A stretch of 64,000 nt of DNA from a virus (taxonomy: Duplodnaviria; Caudoviricetes): positions 24,662-88,661 of the IMG/VR virus record IMGVR_UViG_3300032167_000083; one strand, given 5' to 3'. A model generated the notes under the pieces. That model was given only the letters and a program-made list of their open reading frames with translations, was not told where the DNA came from and did no database searches. Below are positions 28,290 to 39,495 of the stretch, in pieces. Position numbers and translations under genes: made by a program. Numbering within the stretch: position 1 is the first letter of the stretch; each line of letters opens with the position of its first letter.

Positions 28290-30616
28290 TGATTAATGTA
28301 ATTTTTAATAAATCAGATTATGAAATTTCTCAAAGAAAGATGGAAATGTATGATAAATATCTTAAAGTTATTCAATGGGGTAGAAGACATCCTGTTCGCT
28401 TTATGGAGATGATATTTGGATTGCAATTTACAGATCATCAAAGATATGTATTGTTATCTACTTGGACAACAAGATATGCAGTTTGGCTAATGTCAAGAAA
28501 TAGTGGAAAAGCGACATGTTTAGATACTATTGTATATACTAATAATGGTGAAAAACAAATTGGTGATTTGAAAATTGGTGATTTGATTTATGATAATAAT
28601 AATGAATTAACTGAAGTAATACATTTAAATCCGATTATTTTTGAACAAGTTTATGAAGTTGAATTTGATGATGGAGAAATTATTAAATGTAATGCAGAGC
28701 ATTTATGGTGTGTTTGCAATTCCAAAGATTCATTATTTAATATAGTAGAAACTAGAGAATTATATGATTATTTAAATAATTCAATTGGTAATATAATAAC
28801 AATACCAGATTTAAATGGTACAAAAAATATTATAAAAATAAGAAAAACAAATGAGAAAAAAGCTATGAGATGTATAACTGTATCAAATGATACAGGTCTT
28901 TTTTTATGTGGAGAAAATAAAACTATAACTCATAATTCTTATTTATCAGCACCATATATGATGGCAAGAAGTATTTTAATACCAAATCATAAAAGTTATA
29001 TTTTATGTCCATCAGGTAATCAGGCACAACAGACTTTTTCTAAAATAGAAGACTTAGCAAAAGGCAAAGTTGCTTCTGTTAAAGGTTCTACAGGTGTCTT
29101 TTTAGCAGAATTAATGAGAGCGAATGCAGGAACAGACCCATTTGTACATGATAAACATTCACATCATTGTGAATTGTATAATGGTAGCAGTATTTGGACT
29201 GTTAATAGTGTTGCTAAAAATGCAGTGGGTATTCGTTCAAACCTTAATTTTTATGATGAGGCAGGTAAAGTTGAACGAGAATTTTTTGCTTTAACTGAAC
29301 CTTTCTGTACTCAGGATACAAACTTTGCAACTGGTGCAGATTTTAATATAAAATGTTATCCTCGTCAACTGCCGAATCAAATTATATATGCAAGTTCAGC
29401 AGAGACGATTGATAGTCAACTTTATGATGCATACAAAGATGGAGCAATGCGAATGATTGCAGGAGATCCAGAATATTTTGTGTGTGATATTACATGTGAA
29501 TTAAGTTTAAATCCATATATGGATGGAAAGCCTTATAGTGCGTTGTTATCTAGAGAAGTTATAGATGATGCAATGAGAAAAAATGAATATAAAGCTACAC
29601 GAGAATATTATAATAAATTTGATATTGCAGGTGGTCAAGATGCATTAGTTAAAAGAACAACACTTATTGCAAATAGTTATGCTTATGCTCCTATTTATCA
29701 GAATGAAAATGATTTAAAACAGTATATTATAGCATATGACCCTGCTACAAAATTAGATAATAGTATGATTGGTATTGGTGAAATATTTACACATCCAGAG
29801 AATGGATTAATGTTAAAAATTGTAGATATGATTAATCTTATAGAAAAAGGTGGCAATGGGGAAAAGAAAGTAATTCAAAAACCAGACCAGGTTGAGATTT
29901 TAAAAAAGATATTATTAAAATATAATGGAAGAGTTCCAGATTATGATAATCTTATTAGAGTTCTCATAGATGCAGGATCTGGTGGTGGTGGATTCGATAT
30001 TGCTCAATACTTGTTAAGAGATTGGATTGGTGTTGATGGAAGAAAACATCTTGGATTAATTGATTTACAAGATAAATATTTAAAAGAAGAAAAAGACAAG
30101 TTCCCAGGAGCTGTCGATAAATTAACTATGGTGAGCTTTACTAAATACAAGACCGAGATATATACTGAATGTCAGAATATGATCAATCAAGGGTTAGTAA
30201 TGTTCCCAAAATCGTTGAATTTAAAGGGAGAGATGGAATTTGAAGAAGAACAACCAGATGGAACAATTAAAATAATTACTGAAAGAATGAATTCAGATGA
30301 AATTAAAAGTTTAGTTGAAATAGATTTGCTTAAGGAAGAATTAGTAGCAATGCAGAAAACACAAAATGGTAGTACAATTAAATTTGATTTATTGCCAAGT
30401 AAAAAATTAGAGGGAATGCATGATGATAGAAGTGACGTATGTGCAATGATGTGTTGGCAATTAGCAAAAATGAGAAGTAAAGATTTGCTTCATGTTGAGA
30501 GAGGAAATAATCAATTTGATAAACTTTTTAAACATGGAGTTTCTTATAATTCTAATCCTTTAAGTAAAAATAAAAATCCATTTGCAAATTCTAAACCAAA
30601 TCCATTTTTAAGATAA
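28289..30616 (+). CDS. terminase large subunit (intein-containing)
   Basis: Walker A SRNSGK|S, Walker B FYDEAG, nuclease YDPA..D and HDDR motifs. Confidence 0.92.
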   Translation: MINVIFNKSDYEISQRKMEMYDKYLKVIQWGRRHPVRFMEMIFGLQFTDHQRYVLLSTWTTRYAVWLMSRNSGKATCLDTIVYTNNGEKQIGDLKIGDLIYDNNNELTEVIHLNPIIFEQVYEVEFDDGEIIKCNAEHLWCVCNSKDSLFNIVETRELYDYLNNSIGNIITIPDLNGTKNIIKIRKTNEKKAMRCITVSNDTGLFLCGENKTITHNSYLSAPYMMARSILIPNHKSYILCPSGNQAQQTFSKIEDLAKGKVASVKGSTGVFLAELMRANAGTDPFVHDKHSHHCELYNGSSIWTVNSVAKNAVGIRSNLNFYDEAGKVEREFFALTEPFCTQDTNFATGADFNIKCYPRQLPNQIIYASSAETIDSQLYDAYKDGAMRMIAGDPEYFVCDITCELSLNPYMDGKPYSALLSREVIDDAMRKNEYKATREYYNKFDIAGGQDALVKRTTLIANSYAYAPIYQNENDLKQYIIAYDPATKLDNSMIGIGEIFTHPENGLMLKIVDMINLIEKGGNGEKKVIQKPDQVEILKKILLKYNGRVPDYDNLIRVLIDAGSGGGGFDIAQYLLRDWIGVDGRKHLGLIDLQDKYLKEEKDKFPGAVDKLTMVSFTKYKTEIYTECQNMINQGLVMFPKSLNLKGEMEFEEEQPDGTIKIITERMNSDEIKSLVEIDLLKEELVAMQKTQNGSTIKFDLLPSKKLEGMHDDRSDVCAMMCWQLAKMRSKDLLHVERGNNQFDKLFKHGVSYNSNPLSKNKNPFANSKPNPFLR
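28511..28936 (+). mobile_element. class 3 mini-intein (142 aa) inserted in Walker A
   Basis: Starts Ala (ATCLDTIVYT), block B EHLW, block F RCITV, ends THN|S; no endonuclease domain. Confidence 0.88.
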
Positions 30617-30625
30617 GGTGTTATT

Positions 30626-30991
30626 ATGATTTATAAAATAAATGTAAATATAGAAAACATTATAGGTTTATTAGATAAGATTAGTAAAAAATATAATGTT
30701 TACTTTAAAAATAATATATTATATATATCTTCTATAGATTATAAAATTTTCACGATTAAAGATGTAAAAAAGCTATTTAATCAAGATAATATATATATAG
30801 AAGAAATTAATGAAACAAATTTAAAATATGAACCATCAGATGTTATTATCTGGTGTAGAGATTATTTTGTTCAAAGGGATTTAAAAAAGTATGAAGAGGA
30901 ACATCAAGATGATATTTCTAATTATATGAAGGTTTTAGATAAATTTGAACAAAATCTTGAACGAATATATAAAGAGAAAGTAGGTGAATAA
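30626..30991 (+). CDS. hypothetical protein
   Basis: 121 aa between terminase and portal. Confidence 0.7.
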   Translation: MIYKINVNIENIIGLLDKISKKYNVYFKNNILYISSIDYKIFTIKDVKKLFNQDNIYIEEINETNLKYEPSDVIIWCRDYFVQRDLKKYEEEHQDDISNYMKVLDKFEQNLERIYKEKVGE

Positions 30992-30996
30992 AATAA

Positions 30997-32838
30997 ATGG
31001 CAGAAGAAAAGAAAAAAGTAGGAAGACCAAAGAAAAAAGAACCTACTACAACTAATGAAAAAAAAGAACAAATTACTATGACACAAACTATGACAGTACA
31101 AGAACCATATACTAGAATAAGATCTATATTTACAAAATATGCAGATAAAGGATTGAATTCTAATGATTTTTTATCAGCAATGGGACAATCTTTTACGAAT
31201 AATCCATTTATACAGAATTCTCGATTAAAGAGAATTAATTCACCTATTAGTCCAAAAGAACAGGAGCAAGTTGATAAAGCATTGGAGAATCCTGCACATC
31301 ATGAATCTTTATTATGTGAAGAATCTCAAGCTTTATATTTTCAAAATTATGTATATAATAATTTATTAAAATTAAATAGAGAAGTTCCTCAGTATTTTAA
31401 TTATGTTGTACCAACAAATGTAACAAAAGAAGATTGTAATAGTGAGGAATTTAAGAGAGAAATGCATTTTGTTAATGAAATTATTGATAAAATGAATTTA
31501 AGAAAAGTAGGTAAAGATATTGCAATGGATGTCGCTATAGAGGGTAAGCGTTCTTATGTTTTTAGATCAAGTTATGATAGAAATAAAGGGACTGTAGATT
31601 ATGCATTGTTGCAAAAATTACCTTCTCCTTGGGTTAAATATACATCAATAGGAAGTAGTACAGATTATATTACTTCTTTTGATTTTATGATGTTTTTACA
31701 ACCTGGAGAATCAGTAGATTTTTATCCTCCGTTTTTTAGAGAAATTTGGGAAGATTTAATTGGTGAAAGAATTATTATTACTGATAAAAATGGAAATAAA
31801 CAATTTAATCCGACTGGATTAAAAAATTCAAGTCGTAAAAAAGATAGTTTTGAAATAAAAGATGGTAGATGGTTTTATTGGGTAGAGCTACCTCAAGGAG
31901 AGGTTTTTGAATTTGGTTCTGATAATAGTCATACACTTCAATTGCCTGATACTATCGGATTATTTAGTGATTTACGTGGATTGAATGATTATAAATGGCT
32001 GCAGAACCAATTATTATCGAAAGCAGTAAACAGTGTTTTAGTAGGTACAGTTCCTTTAATAAAAGATCATAATCTTGCAGGAGGAGACCAAACAGCAATT
32101 TCAATGGATACAATTATTGGTTTTAGTGATATGTTCTCACAGGCTGTAAGTAATAATATTATGCCATTTTTTGCACCATTTGAGGATTATGATTTATTAT
32201 CATTACCATTACCTCCTGATGCAAAAGAAATTAATAATACTGCTTTAAAAAATTTAATTAATACATCTGGTATGGGTGCATTAATTACAACAACAGATAA
32301 ACCAAGTATTATTTCAGTAAAGACATCACAACAATTAATTGAATCTAAGAGTGAATATTTAATGTTGCAAATTCAAAAAGCTGTAAACAATATTATAAAT
32401 AATAATTTAGGTTTAAAATATTCATACAAAGTCACCATATGGGGTGGTTTATTTACATATTTAGATCAAGCTAAATTTTTAAAAGAATTAGTTATGACAG
32501 GATATACATCATTATTACCAAGATTGTTAAGTGTATTTAATCAAAGTGTAGAAGATAGTGATTCTGTGATGAATTATTTAGATTCATTGGGTGTTTATGA
32601 GAAATTTATGCCTATGACTGTTGTTACTCAACAACATAATCAAAAAATAACTACAGAAGCTGAAAACGAACGAGCTAAAATATCTCAAAAAACTTCTACT
32701 CAATTAACGAAAGAACAAACAGAAGAAATAACTAAAACTACAACTATAGGAAGACCACCAGTTGGTGACAATATAGAAAATGATAATACTGCTATTTCTA
32801 TAGACCAAGGGAATAATGTTAGTGATATAAAAGATTAA
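30997..32838 (+). CDS. portal protein (putative)
   Basis: 613 aa, position after terminase, C-terminal GRP motif. Confidence 0.7.
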   Translation: MAEEKKKVGRPKKKEPTTTNEKKEQITMTQTMTVQEPYTRIRSIFTKYADKGLNSNDFLSAMGQSFTNNPFIQNSRLKRINSPISPKEQEQVDKALENPAHHESLLCEESQALYFQNYVYNNLLKLNREVPQYFNYVVPTNVTKEDCNSEEFKREMHFVNEIIDKMNLRKVGKDIAMDVAIEGKRSYVFRSSYDRNKGTVDYALLQKLPSPWVKYTSIGSSTDYITSFDFMMFLQPGESVDFYPPFFREIWEDLIGERIIITDKNGNKQFNPTGLKNSSRKKDSFEIKDGRWFYWVELPQGEVFEFGSDNSHTLQLPDTIGLFSDLRGLNDYKWLQNQLLSKAVNSVLVGTVPLIKDHNLAGGDQTAISMDTIIGFSDMFSQAVSNNIMPFFAPFEDYDLLSLPLPPDAKEINNTALKNLINTSGMGALITTTDKPSIISVKTSQQLIESKSEYLMLQIQKAVNNIINNNLGLKYSYKVTIWGGLFTYLDQAKFLKELVMTGYTSLLPRLLSVFNQSVEDSDSVMNYLDSLGVYEKFMPMTVVTQQHNQKITTEAENERAKISQKTSTQLTKEQTEEITKTTTIGRPPVGDNIENDNTAISIDQGNNVSDIKD

Positions 32839-32864
32839 AAGGTATTTGAAAGGTGGAAATACAT

Positions 32865-33023
32865 ATGGTGAAAACTGAGAATATTAATGAGAAAAAATGC
32901 AATCATGATTATAAGGATAATGAGAATACATTAAGAAAAATGTCAAAAGTTGAGATGGTATATCCTCCTACGGATACATATTTCTGTAAAGTATGTCATA
33001 AATACATAAAATTTCCTAAATAA
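32865..33023 (+). CDS. small Cys/His protein, 52 aa
   Basis: Manual translation CNHDY...FCKVCHK; AAGGTGG RBS. Confidence 0.55.
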   Translation: MVKTENINEKKCNHDYKDNENTLRKMSKVEMVYPPTDTYFCKVCHKYIKFPK

Positions 33024-33076
33024 TGAATGGTTTTTTCTCTAATATAAAAATATTAGGGAAAGGAGTGATTCAATAA

Positions 33077-33766
33077 ATGGATTATATTGCTGAATTAAAA
33101 CAAGTAGATTTTTGGACTTTATTGTTTTGGCTAGTTATAATTTTAAGTTCTTGGAAATTTTTATCTAGTCTATTTGATTGGTTTGTTAATAAATTTGGTA
33201 TTGAAACAAGAGTTACAATAGAGAAAAAAGAAAATAAAAAGATTTTAGATGAGACTGCTAAATTAGCACGAGAAACAGCTAAAAATTTAAAAGAGTTACA
33301 AGATAGACATCTACATGACGAAACAGAATTTAGAACAAACTTAAATAATTATATGAAAGAAAGTCGTGAAGATAGAAAATCATTACATGATGAAGTGGTT
33401 ACTTTTACTAACAACAGAACTAATGATAGAGCACAAAGTCTTGAAATCCAAAAACAATTAACAAATTCAATTGAGGCTATAGCAAGAAGACAAGATGATA
33501 GAGATGAGAAAATAAAAGAATTAACTTCTATTTTTGTTGAAAAGCAAATTTCAGATTATCGTTGGGAAATAATTAGCGTGGCTGATAAAATATCTGCAGG
33601 TAAAAAAGTAAGTAAAGAAGCAGCAAGACATGCAATTTCAACTCATAGAAAATATGAAAAAATTATTGAAGAGCGTGGTTTAACTAATGGTGAAGTTGAT
33701 ATTAGCATAGCAATAATTATGGAATTTTATTTAGAAAACTATGGAGTTTATAATGAAGACAAATAG
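33077..33766 (+). CDS. membrane-anchored coiled-coil protein
   Basis: N-terminal TM helix, coiled coil, C-terminal LTNGEVD. Confidence 0.7.
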   Translation: MDYIAELKQVDFWTLLFWLVIILSSWKFLSSLFDWFVNKFGIETRVTIEKKENKKILDETAKLARETAKNLKELQDRHLHDETEFRTNLNNYMKESREDRKSLHDEVVTFTNNRTNDRAQSLEIQKQLTNSIEAIARRQDDRDEKIKELTSIFVEKQISDYRWEIISVADKISAGKKVSKEAARHAISTHRKYEKIIEERGLTNGEVDISIAIIMEFYLENYGVYNEDK

Positions 33767-33776
33767 GTGACGATAA

Positions 33777-34091
33777 ATGATTTATTTTATTACGGATGTA
33801 ACCTATATAAAAATAGGTTATACAAAAAATGATGTACAAAAAAGATTAAAACAATTACAAACAAGTAATGCCAAAAAACTTTATTTGTTAGGTTGGATGG
33901 AAGGAACTATGGAAGACGAAAAAAGATTACATACTATTTTTGGAAAATATAAAGTTAGATATAATGGAGAATGGTTTAGACCAGATAAGTCTTTAATAGA
34001 TTTCATAAATAAGAATAATTTAAAAGAAAACTGTCGAGTTGAAAATATCGATGGACAAATAATGAGTTTTCTTTCAATTAAAACAATATAA
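33777..34091 (+). CDS. GIY-YIG-related (T5orf172/MUG113) nuclease
   Basis: IYFI...IKIGYT...RL.QLQT...E..LH..F...GEWF. Confidence 0.85.
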   Translation: MIYFITDVTYIKIGYTKNDVQKRLKQLQTSNAKKLYLLGWMEGTMEDEKRLHTIFGKYKVRYNGEWFRPDKSLIDFINKNNLKENCRVENIDGQIMSFLSIKTI

Positions 34092-34110
34092 TATAATTTT
34101 GTAGAAAGGG

Positions 34111-35829
34111 GTGACAAAGATGACGAAAAAAGTATTTCAATTTAATTTGGATTCTTCGTCTTTAAAGATAAAAGAAGTTTTAACTACTAAAGATTTTATT
34201 ATGATAGAATTATGGGGAATTTCAAATGAATATCCAACGAATAACAATAGTCATTTCCCTTTACATACAATGGAACAGAATGTTAAAAATAATACATTCT
34301 TTGGAAAACCAATTTTAGGCAAATTTAATAATGTTACTAATAATTATGAGGTACATAATTCTAAGGAGAAATATGACCCTGAGTTTGATATTGCTTATTA
34401 TGACTATGAAGATGGTGAAAGACCTTTAGGATATGTTCGAGAAGGTGTTAATACAGTTAGGATAGAAAAAGATGATAATGGATTGTCTTGGATTGTTTTT
34501 ACTGCTGTATTATGGGTTAAGTACAATTATCAAGGAATTAAAAAATTATTGAAAGCGAAAAGAAGTAAAGTTTCAGTAGAAGTTACTATTAATGAATCTC
34601 ATGAAGATGAAAATGGTGTAGAAATTTTTGATGATTGGGTCTTTGATGGAGCAACAATTTTAGGTTATCGTCCACATAGTAGAGTAGAAGCAAAAGAAGG
34701 TATTAATAATGCTCATATGACAATAGTTGAAAAGATGAAAAAGGAAACTTTTTCTCAAAGGATGAAAAAAATAACTTTTGCTTATGACAATATTGATGAA
34801 ACTGATATAAAAGAGATAAATTCTCGTTTATATATAGAAGATACATTGCAGAAGGAGGCGAAACCATTGACTGAGGATGTTAAAAAGAATGAAGAATTTG
34901 TTCAGGAAGAACAGGTAGAATCTAAAGAAGAATTTGTTGAAGATACTGAAAAAGTTGAAAATACAGAAAATTCTGATACTAAAAAAGAAGAGGAAGCTTG
35001 TAAAGAGAAAGAAAATGAAACAGTTGAAGAGTCAAAAGTAGAAGAGTCTTGTGAGGGAAAAGAAACTGAAACATGTGGTGATGAAGAAAAATGTTCAGAA
35101 GAAGAGTCTAAAGATGATAACTGTGGAACTTTTGAAAATCCTGAAGAAGAAAAAGTTGAAGAATCTAAGGAAGGGATTTGTGAAAATTTTGAAGAAGATG
35201 ATTCAGAAGATGGAAAAGATGATATAGATCATCCAGACGATCAAGATGGAGACAGTGATGATTCAAAAGAAGAAAATTCCGAAGATTCTGAAGAGAACTG
35301 TGGTAAGTTTGAGGAAGAAAAAGCTGAAGACGAAAAAGAAGTTAATACAGATGATGAAAATCAAGAAGATGTTAAGATGTCTGTAGAAATGTTTACTATT
35401 GATGGTGTAGAATATACAGGTCAGCAACTTTTTGAAAAATATCAAACAGATATAGCTAATTTTGAGGAAAAGTATAATACTTTAAATCAGAATTATATAA
35501 CAGCTAGTGACAGACTTGCACAATTTGAAAAAGCAGAAAAAGAAGCCTTTATAAAGAAACTTTGTGAAGATGTAAAATCTTTTGCATCTGAAAAGAAAAT
35601 TAATATAGGTTCAATGGATTCCATTTTAGATAAATGCGAAAAAGGAGTGTTTACTACTTTTGAGGAAGCTAAAAAGGAAGTTGTATATGAAGCTTATAAA
35701 GAAACAGAAGTTATTCCAACAAAGGCTGAGTTTTCAACAAAAGCAGATGACGTAAGAAAATATGTATCATCTGAAAATAAAAAAGTAAGTCCATTAGAAG
35801 GACTAAATAATTTTATTAATAATAAATAA
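34111..35829 (+). CDS. prohead protease/scaffold fusion (putative)
   Basis: Globular N-terminal domain (EVH, KVSVEV), highly acidic linker, coiled-coil C-terminus; lies upstream of capsid genes. Confidence 0.65.
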   Translation: MTKMTKKVFQFNLDSSSLKIKEVLTTKDFIMIELWGISNEYPTNNNSHFPLHTMEQNVKNNTFFGKPILGKFNNVTNNYEVHNSKEKYDPEFDIAYYDYEDGERPLGYVREGVNTVRIEKDDNGLSWIVFTAVLWVKYNYQGIKKLLKAKRSKVSVEVTINESHEDENGVEIFDDWVFDGATILGYRPHSRVEAKEGINNAHMTIVEKMKKETFSQRMKKITFAYDNIDETDIKEINSRLYIEDTLQKEAKPLTEDVKKNEEFVQEEQVESKEEFVEDTEKVENTENSDTKKEEEACKEKENETVEESKVEESCEGKETETCGDEEKCSEEESKDDNCGTFENPEEEKVEESKEGICENFEEDDSEDGKDDIDHPDDQDGDSDDSKEENSEDSEENCGKFEEEKAEDEKEVNTDDENQEDVKMSVEMFTIDGVEYTGQQLFEKYQTDIANFEEKYNTLNQNYITASDRLAQFEKAEKEAFIKKLCEDVKSFASEKKINIGSMDSILDKCEKGVFTTFEEAKKEVVYEAYKETEVIPTKAEFSTKADDVRKYVSSENKKVSPLEGLNNFINNK

Positions 35830-35843
35830 GGAGGAAATTAAAA

Positions 35844-36401
35844 ATGGCTAAGAAATTATTTTGGAAAAATTATATGGCATCAGAAGATGTTGGTTCTAAA
35901 TTAGTACATGGTAGATTTTATAACGATGCTGATGAAACAGCAGAAATTTTTGATGGAGCATTAGTTACTATTGGAGATTTAGAAGATCATGCATTCTATC
36001 CTGGTGTAAAAGATTTAAATGTAAGAAAGATTAAGTTTGCTACTGCTGATACAGACGAGGTGGCAATCGTAGATATCGTTGAGAGATCTCATGGCGATAT
36101 TATGGGTGTTAACTATCGTGAAGGTATTAAGACTGCAGGCATGACAGCTTTGGCAGGTATTCCTGTAAGAGTTAGAATCCTTGATAAGCTTGATAGTTTT
36201 AATATTGGTTCAGGAAACATTAATGGTGAGGCTGTTATAGGTGAATATTTAATTCCTGAAGCTGGCACTGGTCTTTGGGTTCCTTCAACAGAAAAAGTAG
36301 AAGGTAAGACAACTGTTAAAGTTGAAGGTACAAGTCCTTTAACTGAGGGTGTAGTTGATACAGATGTTAAATATTTGTGTACAATTGTATCATTGGCTTA
36401 A
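35844..36401 (+). CDS. head decoration/structural protein (putative)
   Basis: Between scaffold and capsid genes; strong RBS. Confidence 0.55.
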   Translation: MAKKLFWKNYMASEDVGSKLVHGRFYNDADETAEIFDGALVTIGDLEDHAFYPGVKDLNVRKIKFATADTDEVAIVDIVERSHGDIMGVNYREGIKTAGMTALAGIPVRVRILDKLDSFNIGSGNINGEAVIGEYLIPEAGTGLWVPSTEKVEGKTTVKVEGTSPLTEGVVDTDVKYLCTIVSLA

Positions 36402-36426
36402 TTATTATAAAAGGAGGTAGTTTGAA

Positions 36427-37536
36427 ATGAGTAAAGTTTATACATTTGCAAGTGCAGGACAGAATGAAGTTATGGATAACTTAGTTGCTGTTTTTAGTGA
36501 AATCGTAGATGAAAGAAAATCAAAGAATTTTGTAAATAATGATTCTTATAAAGAAAAGAATAAATCATTTAGTGAAGCTTTGTTAAAGTATTGTTTCGAA
36601 GAGTCAGGTAAAGAATATACTGGTCTTGATATGGTAAAGAACCCTATGAATGTTAATAGAACTTCATTCAAGGAAACTTTTGATACTGTTATCGCACAGG
36701 TAATTACACCTGTTATGCCCAAATTGACATCAGAAAGATATGCTTCTTTATTTGATGTTGATCAGGTAGGTTTTGGTGATAATGCAAAATATGAAGTAGA
36801 TTCAAATGAGTTGTTTATTATTAGTGAAGCTGCTGAGGGTATTGCTCGTGGTGGTATTCAGACACTTTATAACACAGAGTACACAGTAAGAGCAACAAAG
36901 AGAACTGTTACTGTTGGTCTTGATTGGTATCATGTTGCTGCAGGAGTTCAAGATTGGGGACTTTGGGGAATGAAACTTTCTAAGTCATTTGAAGCATATA
37001 TTATTGCTGCTGTTGTAAAAGCTCTTACTTCTGTTGTAAGTACTGCAGAAGGTAGAACTGCACAAGGTATTGGTGGTTATTTTGCTAATGGTATTGATGA
37101 TAAGAACTGGTTGCAGTTAAGACAGAATGTATCTTTAGCTAATGGTGGAGTTCCTGTTTATGCATTGGGTACTTCAATTGGTTTAGGAGATATTCTTCCT
37201 TCTTCAGAGATGGGATTCAGATTTGGTTCAGATGATCCTTATGTAACTGTTGGTCATCTTCCTATTTATAAGGATGTTCCATTAATTGAGGTTGATAATG
37301 CATTGATTCCTAATACAATTAATAATACACCTGCTTCATTGATTGATGACAATTATATCTATATGATCGCTATGGGTTCACATAGACCTGTTAAGGTTGT
37401 ATTCGAAGGTAATCAGGTAACTGTTGCTAACGATCCAATCCAGAGTAAAGATAATACATATGCTATGACAATTGATATGAGAATTGGTGTTGATGTAATT
37501 GCAGGTTCTAAGTTTGGTGTAATTATTAAAGAGTAA
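36427..37536 (+). CDS. major capsid protein (putative)
   Basis: 369 aa, AAGGAGG RBS, position, codon usage of a highly expressed gene. Confidence 0.7.
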   Translation: MSKVYTFASAGQNEVMDNLVAVFSEIVDERKSKNFVNNDSYKEKNKSFSEALLKYCFEESGKEYTGLDMVKNPMNVNRTSFKETFDTVIAQVITPVMPKLTSERYASLFDVDQVGFGDNAKYEVDSNELFIISEAAEGIARGGIQTLYNTEYTVRATKRTVTVGLDWYHVAAGVQDWGLWGMKLSKSFEAYIIAAVVKALTSVVSTAEGRTAQGIGGYFANGIDDKNWLQLRQNVSLANGGVPVYALGTSIGLGDILPSSEMGFRFGSDDPYVTVGHLPIYKDVPLIEVDNALIPNTINNTPASLIDDNYIYMIAMGSHRPVKVVFEGNQVTVANDPIQSKDNTYAMTIDMRIGVDVIAGSKFGVIIKE

Positions 37537-37593
37537 TTTTTTAATATAAAAAGATAAATAGATATTTTAAAGGTTTTAAAGGAGGATTTTTTT

Positions 37594-38400
37594 ATGGCAG
37601 GGAATAAAACAACTATAAAAAAGACAGAGACTAAAGAAGTACAATCATCTCCTGAAATGATAAAAATGATGGAGATGATGTCTTCTTTTCAGACACAACT
37701 AACAGAATTATCAAAAATGAATCAAAAATTGAAAGAAGAATTGGAAGATTCTAAAAATTCTAATAAAGAATTACAAAGTCAATTAGATGAGGTTAAAGCT
37801 CAGTCTAAAGAAACTGTAGTAACATTAGAACCAGTAGAATTAATTGGTGAGTCAGTTACTCCAGATTATTTGATGACAGATAATAATAGAGTTATTAGAG
37901 TTTATCATATGCAAGAAATGATTGGTGGTATGGCTACAGTTATTAATCTTACAAATACAAAAAGAAGATTGCAGAGAATGGGTGAGTTAGTTACTTTAAA
38001 AGTAAATGACTTTGAAGAACTTGTTGGAAAGTATCGTTCTTTCTTTGAAAGAGGAGTGTTAGCTGTTGATGCATCAGATATTGATTATGCACAGATGTAT
38101 GATTTGCCAATATATGATATAAGAATGAAAAAGAGCTACAATTCAACTGTATTAAAACAAGTTGTTAATTATAATTATGAACAGCTTCAAGAATTTTATA
38201 AGAATCTTTCAGAAAATAATAAAAGAGCATTTTTATCATTCTGGTTAGGTAAAGTTTATAATAAGGAAGAAGGTTATTATGACGAGGAAAAGATGCGTTG
38301 GTTGAATAATTTCTCTAATACAGAAACTTTTTCAGCTATTTTGTTTGAAATTGAACAAAATCGTACTCGTCAGAGAACTACAACAATGGAAGTGAGATAA
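37594..38400 (+). CDS. virion morphogenesis protein (hypothetical)
   Basis: Position; N-terminal coiled coil. Confidence 0.65.
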   Translation: MAGNKTTIKKTETKEVQSSPEMIKMMEMMSSFQTQLTELSKMNQKLKEELEDSKNSNKELQSQLDEVKAQSKETVVTLEPVELIGESVTPDYLMTDNNRVIRVYHMQEMIGGMATVINLTNTKRRLQRMGELVTLKVNDFEELVGKYRSFFERGVLAVDASDIDYAQMYDLPIYDIRMKKSYNSTVLKQVVNYNYEQLQEFYKNLSENNKRAFLSFWLGKVYNKEEGYYDEEKMRWLNNFSNTETFSAILFEIEQNRTRQRTTTMEVR

Positions 38401-38415
38401 TAAAAACAGAAAGGG

Positions 38416-39129
38416 GTGTTGGGCTTGATAAAATTTGATGAAATTTATCGACAGGCAATTGTTTTATTTGACGATCCAGAAATAACTAATGCCTATGATA
38501 ATAACAAAATACAATTTTGTAAATTAATGTACCCTTTTTTAAATGCATCAATTTCATTATTTACTAACCCCTCTATGATTGGTCCATTATTGACTGATTA
38601 TGATGCTCCAGATGGAAAAATGGAAGTCTTTGAATCAGATGGAAATACTAAAACATTTGAGTTGTCTCTTGAATATAGAGATGGTTCATTAGTAGAGTAC
38701 ATAAGTGATGGAAATATTATTAACGGAAAAATCATTCAAGATGATAAAACAGGAAAGACATATGTTGAGTTCTCTGAAATCCCAGAATCAGGAAAGAATT
38801 GCAGTGTGCAAATTTATTTTGTAGGCTGTTTGAATAATGACTTTAAGATTACTGGAAATATACAAAGAGATGCAGGAATTAGAGGACAAATTGTAAGTAT
38901 TTTAGCAAGATTACTTATTCGTTCTTGGTCTGAACATACTCGTAATTTTTTATTAGATATTCAAAATATATTAACGGATACTGATTTTAAATTACATCCT
39001 GCTTCAGCAGCTTTGAGAAGTAAAAATGAATGGTTAGCTTCTGTTATAGCTGAATTACACGATTTACAAACAAAATTATCTTTTAATATTAGATTCTCCT
39101 CCAGTAGTAATTGGGGAAGGAGGTTCTAA
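38416..39129 (+). CDS. head-tail adaptor-like protein (putative)
   Basis: Position; DFKLHP.S motif. Confidence 0.5.
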   Translation: MLGLIKFDEIYRQAIVLFDDPEITNAYDNNKIQFCKLMYPFLNASISLFTNPSMIGPLLTDYDAPDGKMEVFESDGNTKTFELSLEYRDGSLVEYISDGNIINGKIIQDDKTGKTYVEFSEIPESGKNCSVQIYFVGCLNNDFKITGNIQRDAGIRGQIVSILARLLIRSWSEHTRNFLLDIQNILTDTDFKLHPASAALRSKNEWLASVIAELHDLQTKLSFNIRFSSSSNWGRRF

Positions 39130-39132
39130 GAT

Positions 39133-39495
39133 ATGATAACTGAAAATAATATTGAACAAAATGATTTTGAATTAAATGTTGAATTAACACAAGAAGAAAG
39201 AGAATTTGTTTTGAAAGATATTAGAAAAAGGATTATAAGGACATTATATGTCTATGAACAGATGATGTTAAATAAGGAAGGATATAACTATAAAGTTTAC
39301 CTTAATAGCTTAATATTATTTGTTTTGAGTTCTAATTATTTATTTCATGGGAAATTAATAAGTATTGCTGTGAATTTAAATATTTTATTACAAAATGAAT
39401 TAGAAAAGAAAAAGATAAAGAGTATTTTGTTTGAATGTGTTAATAATATAGACTTTCTCTTGAAAGATGGTGATTCTAATGGGTCAAATAATTGA
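39133..39495 (+). CDS. hypothetical structural-module protein
   Basis: 120 aa in the operon. Confidence 0.6.
   Translation: MITENNIEQNDFELNVELTQEEREFVLKDIRKRIIRTLYVYEQMMLNKEGYNYKVYLNSLILFVLSSNYLFHGKLISIAVNLNILLQNELEKKKIKSILFECVNNIDFLLKDGDSNGSNN

Noticed and set aside
34860-35380. Acidic EE..C repeats as a separate repeat element
   Set aside because: Low-complexity linker within the protease/scaffold ORF.
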